From positions 21,566,213-21,630,212 of the forward strand of contig OZ234493.1 in assembly GCA_965153455.1 (NCBI GenBank): a stretch of DNA of 64,000 bases, in the 5' to 3' direction. Origin of the DNA: Sphagnum compactum (Eukaryota). Under the pieces are notes generated by a model. That model made no database searches, was not told the DNA's origin, and saw only the letters and a list, made by a program, of their open reading frames with translations. This document shows positions 53,501-64,000 of this stretch, piece after piece (within the stretch, counting starts at the first letter, position 1; each line of letters starts with the position of its first letter). Position numbers and translations under genes: made by a program.

Positions 53501-56500
53501 GGCAACAACAATGACAAAACAAACTTTTGACCAAAGTTATACCCCTCCCTCACAAGTCAAGAGTCACCATAGTCGATAGATAGAGCTAAGTTTTCACCTT
53601 AAAGCGAACCCTCTTCACAATTCGCAAATTAGCACAGTAAATAAACAGAATAAACTTTTCAATGGAGTGAAATTTGAAAGGCTCCCTCACAACTCACGAG
53701 GCACTAACTCACCACAATCAACAAATATCACAAACTTGTCACCATTGACTAGTGATTAGAACAAACCCTTCTTTCATTCACCGAGTCACCATAATCAACA
53801 GGAAGCACACAATCATAACAACTTAAAATGTAAAGAACCTTTAAAAAATCAAAACGAACTATTGATCTATTTTATGCTCACAAACTTGTGGAAAAAAAAA
53901 GCTTAGATTGAAGTTAATTTTGAAAATATAAAGGATTTGGCAACTAAAAGGTTTGATGACAGACTTTACAAGTGAAAAAAATCATTTGACAATTGCAAAT
54001 AGGTTTGGGTGAGGGTAAATGAGAGATCTAATGAAACATTAATTTTAGACTTTCGAAAAAAGAATGCGTTCAACATTTTTTAACAAGAATTTGAGTTGGA
54101 GTTTTTGAACAAACTTAGAGTCTCTAACCTTCCAAATTCCTAGTTCCTAGAAAGTTAGGTTTAATTCCATGGACGTACTTTCATTGAACAACCAACATCA
54201 TCTTCAACAAAATCACCTTTACCATGCAAGCACCATCTTCAACAAAATCATCTCCACCATGTTGAATCCCAAATTTTCATATGACCTCTGCCTTTCCCAT
54301 GTTTTCAAAGCTGAAACAACCATTTGCATTGATCTGCCCACATCCAAATAAGTATTAAGTACACAATATTTGAGCCTTGAATGCACATACTGAAAAAAAA
54401 ACAAAACATTTTTGAAAGTTTCAGGTTTAAAAGTAGAAGTTGTGATTTAAATTTGGTCATTTCAGCTTTCAAAAGTTGGAAATTTTTCAAATACCCTAGC
54501 TATTTACAACATCATATTAGAATTCAGCACTAAACACTTCACTAAAGTTGGATTTTAATAATCTTAACTACATTGTTCAACTGCGTCTATTGAAAGCCAT
54601 GCACCTTTGAGTTCAATGGTGTAGCAATGGTGGCTTGGAGTTGATTGCAAAATGGCCCTAGCAAGGAGTTGCAGGTGATGGCGTTAGGGTTTGGAGAGTA
54701 ATAGGGTGAGTAGACAATTCCCCCGCTCACAAAAGTGCACATCATCTTAGTGAAATGCATGGATGACATGGATGTGCTTTGGCATCCTTCTGTTTCGTCC
54801 AACCTTGTTCTTGGTGAACTTTCATTCTCATCTCTTCTTTACTTGGTTGTGCCTCTCCAGCAAAAGTCGAAAAAATGCCCCAAATCGCCAAAAAAAGAAG
54901 CCAGTCCACAACCATGATATTGGGATAGACACATTCAAAATGCAATATTTTAATTTGTCATATTATTTTATTTTTCATTTGTTGACTCACAATCAAATCA
55001 GTATTAATGTGTATTAATGTGGATCACCAAAGTTCGTTTTCTTGTTATGTTTTATTATCATTTCCCATGATTGTGCAAATTGGCATGATTCAAAATTGTA
55101 ACTTCATATTTGTATCCAACCTATCTTTTGATTTTAGGTTTTTAAGCTATATTGAAAACAATAAGATATTATTTCATAAAATGTGAACCTTAGAATGCCA
55201 TAACTTGAAGTTTTATCTATTTATTGATCTACAACGCAACATTAATGAAAATCAAGGATGTGAAGAATAAATTTAGAACTTGCATTTGAAACAATTTGAG
55301 ATGCCCATTCTTTGATTTCTTTCATTATATCTACGATCTTCTAGTTTTGAAATGGTTTTTTCTTTCATCTTGTTCATCAAAATATAAATAGTTTAAGGTG
55401 ATATAGACAAGTCAAGAAGGAATTCAACTCAATTCTCAATTTCTTGTATGATATTGCCAAGGAATCTTATCCCAAAATTGGGAGAGTTAAATTGTTTTGG
55501 AGACACTCGATGAATAAAACCCACTACGCCAAGCTACACAAGATATTGAAAAAATTAATGAAGGTATTTCAATATGTTGATACAATTTATGGTTTTTGAT
55601 GTTTTCATTTACAACTATTTGTCAATTAACCTCATTTTTTTCTAATCGACTAGTAGAAATAATTTAAAACAATAATAGATAATAGTTACTTTTTGAACAA
55701 TCATACGTGTAAGAATAATTTGATGGCTATTACCTATTCAACATTGACCTTTCACATTTCTTAATTAGTATTGAAATCATTTACATTATAATTAATTAAT
55801 TGAATTCAAATGGAAAGGGACATCTAGGCACACTCATTTTATAACCAAAAACATGAACGGGATTAATATAACTTAATATGGTTTGACCGAATGGCTTTCC
55901 AAGTTGTGAGGCATGATAATGGCGACTAGATATGCTTTTCTCCACCAAGTATTCATTTTTTTGTGAACATGGCACACAACACTTTAGGCAACACATTACG
56001 CATGGGGGACATGATGATATCCTTTGGACAAGTTATTTTTAATCTTGTTTATAAACACAAAAAAATTATGACAAAATTATTTTGAAATATCATGTTCATT
56101 ATTTTATTATATATATATATACATATATATTTCAAGATTCCTTTTGATATCAAGGGAAATAAATTTAAAATTAAAATTTTGACAAAGTTGTAATAATGCA
56201 TCGAACAACTACAACAAAAGATGTCTCGATACATTAAATAATTTCACCAAATCTTGAGTGAATTCACTGGTGCAGTGAATAGGACTCAGTGAAAAAGCAG
56301 TGAATTCAGTGGTCTAGTGAAAGGGGATCAATGACTTGCACCCACATTTTGTAGTAGCGTCCGTATATCTCATGTTCAGGCTTTATTGGAATTGGGCTTG
56401 GGCCCATCTCAGGTCCAACCCCCCCCCCTCCCCCACAGACCCCGTATTTCAGTAAAGCCCATGGCCTCCGGCTTTACCTGCCATAAAATATCTCATCAAA

Positions 56501-57381
56501 ACTCTTACTGAAGGCAGATTCACGTAAAAGTGGGCCTGCCGTCTTGTTGACACCCATGACCTCGGGTAAACCCAACCCATATCCACACTGGCACCATAGT
56601 ATCAATCCTGAATTTTTTCAGGTTGCTTCTAACCATGGTAAACATCCCATACTAAGACTAGAGCAAGGTGTCAGAGTCCAAATTTAACATTTCCTGGCGT
56701 TGAATTTTGAACCCAGGAAATTAAATTCAACCCCTAAACCTTACCTAGCCCCTACTTTTTTTTTCTTTTTTTTTTCTTTGTATTTCTTTTATTGAATTTT
56801 CTTTTGGCTTTTAAATAATAAAGATAAAAAAGCCAACACTGATCTTCACAAACACTAGGTTTTTTGTAGATTTTAATTTCAATTTGAGAAAAATATTTCA
56901 TGTATCAAACAAAAAAAAAAGAAAAAGTTTAGAGAGTGCCACCAGTCTTTGAGAGAACTCTAGTGGTTGTCAAGGATGATGCTTTGTCGGTAAAGGTGAA
57001 CCGGAACCTTCTCAAGTGAGGCCTTTTCAGGCTATCCCCTCTTCAGCCTTCTTTTTTTTTTTTTTGGAATTTTTAAAGAAAGACATTTCGAAGTCCAAAT
57101 GACAGAGCGCGTTGACTTAAATATACACTAACGCTCGAATTGAAAAAAATCGTTCAAAATTTGAGACTTGGAATTGGTGGCCGTGGCACTTGTATTTCTT
57201 TTAAAAATTCTGTTTTTGTAAATATATGCTATTTTTCTCTCAATATAGAAATAAAAATTGCAGTTTGTGATTGTATAGCCAGATCAATGTTGGCTTTTTC
57301 CTTTAAAGCCAGAAAAAACCAATTTCAATAAAACCATAGAAAGGTTATAAAAACTAGTGTCCATGTGCAAATAGGTGACCC

Positions 57382-57661
57382 CAGCGTTTTTTTTGGGATG
57401 AGAAATTTCGCCAAAATGTCAAAAATGAATTTTTAAAATAAAAAAATTCTGAAAAAAATCGCCAAATTTCGAACAAAAGAGTGTTTTGAAAAAAAACTCG
57501 CCACAATTGGACTCTGATTTTAGTTTGGTAATATATATTTAAAAAGATTTAGGTAGGTTCTAAAAACCTCTCGCCATTTAATGGTAATTCCCTCTTTCTT
57601 TGGGATGCTAGCCAATGACGCAAAATCAGAAAAATTGAAAAATAAAACAAAAAAATCACTG
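57382..57661. mobile_element. MITE-like repeat (CAGYG-T-tract ... A-tract-CACTG) upstream of the CNGC
   Basis: Inverted ends CAGCGTTTTTTT / AAAAAATCACTG with internal TCGCCA motifs; related to 17412-18005. TSD not recognisable. Confidence 0.6.
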
Positions 57662-58141
57662 TGTATCACTCTTTACGTATTAAAAAAAGAAAAACAAAAA
57701 GAAAGATATTTCACTCCAAATGAGACAACACGTTAATTTGACTTTATGTACGAGACATACGGTATATTCGAATTAATTAAAAAGTCGTTGAAATTTGAGA
57801 CTTCTCATTTTGCGTTTCATGCCTCTAGCGCGTGTGCTTTGCAGTGGAGCTCTGGCTAGCGCTTGCTCAAACCGACAGAAAGCTTCTCAGAGCTTTGCTG
57901 CGGCTTGAGTACTGAGTACTCATTTGTAGTGGCTGCAAATATAGGAGGACAGAATTCTGTGTGTGTGTGTTTTTCTCTCTCTCTCTCTCTCTCTTGTTTT
58001 TGCTTTGGTTAGTATGCTAGAAGTGGTTTTGGGAAAAAGAAGGATGCCGTCGTGGTGGTGGTGACAAGGGAGTGGCGTGCTGCATCATCATCATCATCAT
58101 CATCATCAAGAAGAGCGGAAGAAAGTCTCGAAGATCGAAAC

Positions 58142-61100
58142 ATGTTTCATGACTCCAAAGGCCCCGTGAAGAGCCGTCATACCATGGAGGGAGAGAAAAA
58201 GAAATTCGTGAGGTGATTTTCTCTCTGTGACTCGCCTTCTTGTTGTTGTTGTTGCATAGTGCTGCTGCTCCTCCAGGTTCTCTCGCCCCCCGCCCTTGAA
58301 TTTTCAGGAACCGCTGCGAATTTGTTTTAACTTTTGCTTTTGTTTGTATTGGTCTGCCTACATACATGCATACGTGCATACATACATGCTCTTTGGTTCT
58401 TTTCAGAAGTTCGTGAGGTGATTTTCTCTCTGTCGCTTAGTTGCATGTTGCTGCTCCTTTTCCCCTTCTTGAATCTTCAGGAACGGCTGCTCATTTGTTT
58501 TGTCTTTTGCTCTTTTTTTTTTTGGTTCTCCCTACATACATAGATCCGTATATATTGTGTTTGTTTGTTTTCTTTTCTTTTTTCAATTTCCCTGGAATTT
58601 GGGGGCGGGGGGGGGGGGGGGATTTTGCGCTCCTGATGAAGAGGATTGCGTGTTTTTTTCGGCTGATTTAATTAGCAGATTCGTCTATGACTCTGACTCA
58701 GAGCGATCACTAAGTTCAGAGTCCTTGAAACCGCTGCGAGTGGAAAGTCCGTCCTCTGCCGTCAAGCGGGGGTGGGAGAAGGGCTCAAGAGGGCTATGGA
58801 AAGTAGGGAGATCACTGCGGCTTGGTTCTTCCGGGGTGTACTCTGAGGATCTTCAAGTTCCATCCAAGATGAACATTCTTGATCCCCGCAGCAAATTTTG
58901 CCAGCAATGGAACAAATTTTTCGTGATCACTTGCCTTGTTGCTATCTTTGTCGATCCCCTCTTTTGTTACCTTCCAGTTGTGTATGGATCAACGGGAAAA
59001 GGAACATGCATCACAATATCTAAGAAGCTGGCAATATCAGTAACAGTGTTTCGCTCCACTACAGACATCCTGTACTTGATTCACATGGCTCTTCAATTCC
59101 GGACAGCATTCATTGCACCCTCATCTACAACATTTGGCCGTGGTGAGCTCGTGGTGGATCCCCATTTAATTGCTATCCGGTACCTGAAGAAGGATTTTTG
59201 GCTGGACTTTGTGGCCGTGTTACCTCTTCCCCAGGTACTCCCTATTTCACAACAATGACTTTGACTTCCCATCAGTTTTGTACTTTAGAGATTCAGGTGA
59301 AGGGCTTATGATGCACGTGTGGTTTAAAAGCAACATGTGTAAAACTGGTTGAATCATTGATTGTTGGCATGCAGCTGGTTATATGGATCATATCACCAAG
59401 AACGGCTCGCTTACCTGCAGTTGCCACCAAGAAAATGCTAGGCTTCATTATTTTTTTCCAGTATCTTCCTCGCGTGTTTCGAATGTTCCCTTTGATATCT
59501 GAAATGGTTAGGAATACAGGGGTGCTGATGGAAACTGCTTGGGCAGGGGCTGCTTGCAATTTACTGCTATATTTGATTGCCAGCCATGTAAGTCCTCTTC
59601 TCTTATCATCCATTTCGAGGGATAAAAGTATCAGAAACATGGAAATTCTAGGAGGGTGACATCAGGTGTAGGCAGGATCGCAGACACATCATCTGATGTT
59701 ATATGCAGGTAGTAGGTGCCTGATGGTATTTTATGAGAGACAGGCAGAGACAGATGGATGGCAGACACATCATCTGACAATTTATACCTTACAGGTAGTA
59801 GGTGCAGGCTGGTACTTCCTTGCAGTGGACCGCCAAGTCACATGCTGGAGATACAATTGCCAAGATGAGCTTAACATCTCTTGTAATGAGGCATTCTTTG
59901 ACTGTAGTTCACTTGATGCACTTGCTGCTGCCCGGTCTAGCTGGGAGAGGTTTTCAAATATCACCACGAATTGTAATAGCACCAACCCCTTCTTCAACTA
60001 TGGTATCTATACAAATGCTATTAATAATGGCATAACAACATCAAAGATGAAGTTCATGGTCAAATATTTTTACTGCGTATGGACTGGTCTGTTGAGCTTG
60101 AGGTGAGTGCCTTGCTATCTTTTGGTAGAGAAGGGGTTGTTGTAATTCAGGCAGAATGAACTGTCCATGTTTTGCACTAGCTTTGCCAATTCAACAAGTA
60201 ATTGTTGATTGTCTGACTTAAGTGTTCTTTGGGTTTATTGTCTGTGCAGTTCTCTTGCACAAACCTTTGCAGTGAGCACTTATATATGGGAAATCGTCTT
60301 CACCATCTGTATCATCATCTTGGGCTTGCTTCTCTTTGCCTTTCTTATTGGGAATATGCAGGTTAGCTACAAATCTTTGTTATGTGCTTCTTGAATGATG
60401 CTTTGTTTAGCAGGTTGCTGGTAGACTCTCTACCAACCTTGTGACCTCAACAACTGTGAAGAGGTAGAAAGAGATCAGCCACAGGAGGAAGAGTCAGCAC
60501 CCACATAGCTGACAGATCAGGAATATTGATTGCTGTTGTTTGTCAGACATATCTGCAATCTCTGACAGTTAGACTTGAAGAGATGAGAGTGAAGCGACGT
60601 GATGCAGAGGAATGGATGAAACACCGACAACTGCCCCATGAGTTAGTGGAGCGTGTCCGACGTTTTGACCAGTACAGGTGGACAGCAACCCGGGGAGTAG
60701 ATGAGGAGGATCTAGTACAGAGCCTCCCATTGGATCTTCGGCGTGACATCAAGCGCCATCTCTGTCTGGATCTTGTCCGACAGGTAAGTTGCTTTTTTTT
60801 GCATATTATTATGCCCGTTTGAGAGTGCTGTCAAACTATTGAGTATGTTTACCAGAGAGTGGGGATTGTTATGTTGCTGTATTTGTTTATCGGTGTTGAA
60901 TTCTCAAAATGGTGGTTCATATCAACAATTAGCGCTATGGGCTCCCCCATTGTTTTATCTTTGAAACAACTTTCCCTCATATGTTCAATTTAATCACTCT
61001 GCCCAAGAACAGATGCTGTTCTCTGATATGGCTCTTGAAGCAATCCAGAGATTTTGCGTTTTGTAATTTTAAGTGGGGATCCTTTTGAAGCCCACTTACA

Positions 61101-62632
61101 TCAAGGAGCTCATGGCACCTTACTGTCTTTAGCTTTTCCTCCTTCATCCTACTTATGAAGGACTATTTTTCTATCTCTCATTCCCCCTCTTCCCGTTTGC
61201 CTTCTTGTCGTTGGTTTCTGTATCATCTCTTTCTCCTCTTCTTTGGTTCTGGTTGTCACTTTGGAGTTTCTTTGCATGTTATCAGTTCAACTATTTTGGT
61301 TTACTCATATTGGTAGTTTGGAGCATTTGTTATACCTATGGGACTTTGTTTTGCCTCATAATATGTGTCCTTCTGTTGTTCAGGTTCCACTGTTCAATCA
61401 AATGGACGACAGTCTCCTAGATGCCATGTGCGAGCGGTTGAAACCTGCTCTCAGCACAGAGCACACCTTCATAGTCCATGAGGGAGATCCAGTGAATGAA
61501 ATGCTGTTTATCATCCGTGGCAAATTGGAGACTACAACAACCAATGGTGGTCGTACTGGCTTTTTCAACTCTGGGATTATTGTATCAGGAGGTTTCTGTG
61601 GGGAGGAACTGCTTACATGGGCTCTTGATCCCAAGACTAGCAACAATCTTCCAACATCTACTCGTACAGTACGGGCATTGGTGGAGGTGGAAGCCTTTGC
61701 CCTGTCTGCTGAGGATCTCAAGTTTGTGGCTAGTCAGTTTCGACGCCTGCATAGCAAGCAACTGCAACATACATTCAGGTTTGTGCTTTTGATTTCTCCT
61801 TTTGTGGTCTTCTACTAATATTTCACATTTTAGTGTCTAAGATAACAGCAGCACCTATTGTGGAGAATACTGAAAGACTGCTCTGCATTAGTAAACATGG
61901 AGTTCACAATTTTGGAGCAAACGAGGAAGCACATGACTGGTCATCATCACCAGACCACCAACTGGGCTATAAAATGACCATCAACTGACCATGCATTGTC
62001 TTTTTGGAGCCCCCATATGAAACAAACCTGTCCTATGATATTCCTAATACTATGAATCCAATCATGAGACTTATGATCCAAATGTCAGTTTGTGACTGTG
62101 GTGGCATTATCAGATTCTGTCTTTATTCTCAATATTGAGTGTTTAATTGAGTCACAATCTCACCTCATGGAAGAGGGTGAGGGTTGATCAGTCCATATAG
62201 ATCCTCCCCCACTGAATATAACAATGACGATGGTTTACTTATGTACTTTGTCACTCATCATTCTTTAATGCCTACATGAAAGTATTCCATAGTATTCTTC
62301 CATCATAACTGGTTGCTTTCTATTGCTGCAGGTACTATTCACATCAGTGGCGCACATGGGCAGCATGCTTTGTGCAGGCTGCATGGCGACGCTACTGCAG
62401 ACGCAAGATTGCAGAGCTACGGCGCATGGAAGAAGATCTCAAACTGCAGGAAGCAATGGCTGGGGCTGATAAAATGCTTACAAAGCCAAGCCTTGGAGCT
62501 GCATTAATGGCTTCACGTTTTGCCACAAATGCAATGCGAGGAGTTCAAAGGCTACGAACAATACATGCAGCAGAGATGACACACATATCCAACATTCCTA
62601 AGCCCACTGAACCTGATTTCTCTCTTGAGTAG
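58142..62632 (+). CDS. CNGC: Cyclic nucleotide-gated channel; exons 58142-58212, 58679-59234, 59375-59587, 59795-60102, 60250-60361, 60547-60783, 61384-61778, 62332-62632
   Basis: EKKKFVR first exon, ILDPRSKF..WNKFF, FGRGELV, ETAWAGAA, LIGNMQTYLQS, DIKRHLCLDLV, CNBD (FCGEELLTWALDP, LPTSTRTV, EAFAL), QLQHTFRYYSHQWRTWAACFVQAAWRRY, KPTEPDF. All junctions GT-AG and in phase. Confidence 0.96.
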
Positions 62633-64000
62633 CAGGGCTATTGGTAAATTAGGGTTTCTATCATAGCATGGTCTAAACTACTCCATGCAAAACCAACCCA
62701 TAGACACTCAGTCATCAGAGTTTTACTGCCCCATCAATTCTTGATGAGTTATACAGTAAGTATGGACCAGGACATGAAAAAGAGTCAAGGAGGAGAAAGG
62801 ATGCAAGTTTCTTCCTCCTTGAAAATGTGAATCATGTGTTATCTCTCTAGTTATACTGCAATCACATCCTGCTGAATCCTTGAAATTCTGTTTGAGACTG
62901 GGGGAAAATGACCAATGTGTCAGGAACCTGTCAATAGAGTTACTGGACAGAGCTAGAGATTCACAGAGTCTGTGCTAAGATAATGACTCTGATACTTTAC
63001 TGAAAGTTATGTTACAAAGTCTAAAGATACTCCTTGCCAGGGTCTGATTACCCTGCAGATTTTGACCTGCTTTAGATTTCATGGTATGTATACATTGGCT
63101 CTGATAAGATATGCTATTTTCATTTCCTTTTAATTCAGTTCACCTAAGGTATTCATCTTCCTTGTATTGAAGGTCACCCAAGATAATTAAGGAGAGATTG
63201 TGTAGTATGAACTGTGGTGATTGCAAGGAGTTATCTTTTTGAGGAGGTCCTCAACAAGTGCAAGGCGGTTCCCACTGTTACAACTTGACGAACTTGTACA
63301 GCATGCAAGGGGTATGGTCATGCTGGTTAATTTGAATCCCTTGTATGAAATTCAATTCAAACATTTACCATATTGCATGCAAAATGACTAGTCTATACAC
63401 TTTGTGATTGTTACTTGAAAGACTTAATATATTGAGGAACATAGTCCACCTTTAGGATGATTACTATCCATGGACCTGTGGTTGTAGAGGTATTGATTGT
63501 TACACCAACTACGCCTGTTTGCAAGTCTTCAAGCTGTGGTGATGTCATCCCTGCCGCAGGGAGACGCATACTGACATGGCTGGCACAGTTACAGCTGATG
63601 GTGCATCCCCCTCACCCACACCCTGAAACTTGCTTGGTCATATGAGCACTTGGTAGGTAGTCAGCAACTTTGAAATATTCTCTCTCTTATGTACTTCAAA
63701 TTCTCATGTTTTGCTGAATGAAAGCATTTCCTTGATCTCACAGAATTGACAATGCCTGTAACTCTAGTCCTTGCTAGAATGCAGGTGAAGAATCTGTATC
63801 CTCACTAAATCCTCTGGTGCTGGCTGGGTGTAGGAACTGTGGAAGCATTGTGCCAACTCCCACAATGGCAAGAATGGCTACCAGAGTGAGCCTCTTCTCT
63901 CTTTTCCATCTTTTCTTGAACAAATTACTCTTCAGCTTCTTTCGCACATTTTTGTCTGCTTGGTTGAGTCAGGCTACTTGGTGGTTTCATGCTCAGTTCT

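Noticed and set aside
63450-64000. Coding-like minus-strand sequence at the window end
   Set aside because: Stops in all frames and no recognisable motif; cannot be supported within this window.
1-64000. CRISPR array, operon or prokaryotic defence system
   Set aside because: The window is spliceosomal-intron plant DNA and shows no repeat-spacer array.

Overview
Eukaryotic, intron-rich land-plant DNA; gene style and repeat families suggest a bryophyte, probably a peat moss (inference). Six apparently intact spliced genes are present: gluconokinase (+), CRS2-associated factor CAF1/2 (+), SAC3/GANP family SAC3C-like (+), Pumilio-23/Nop9 (+), TBL2-like WD40 protein (-) and a cyclic nucleotide-gated channel (+). 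Decayed elements include an LRR pseudogene, a Ty1/Copia retrotransposon interrupted by a TIR element beside its YIDD motif, a hAT (ZNF862-like) transposase and several MITEs. The most unusual locus is 35.6-40.4 kb. It reads as a host gene (MLKL-type four-helix bundle, Cbl EF-hand-like segment, two copies of an unnamed beta-rich repeat) split by a ~2.36 kb intron-containing PERK kinase segment bounded by GATGG. That segment can be spliced in frame to give an MLKL-like bundle-kinase fusion. The CNGC has an atypical pore motif (AQT) and two locally duplicated splice sites that would each create a premature stop. All family calls come from motif recognition by eye; no searches were run.
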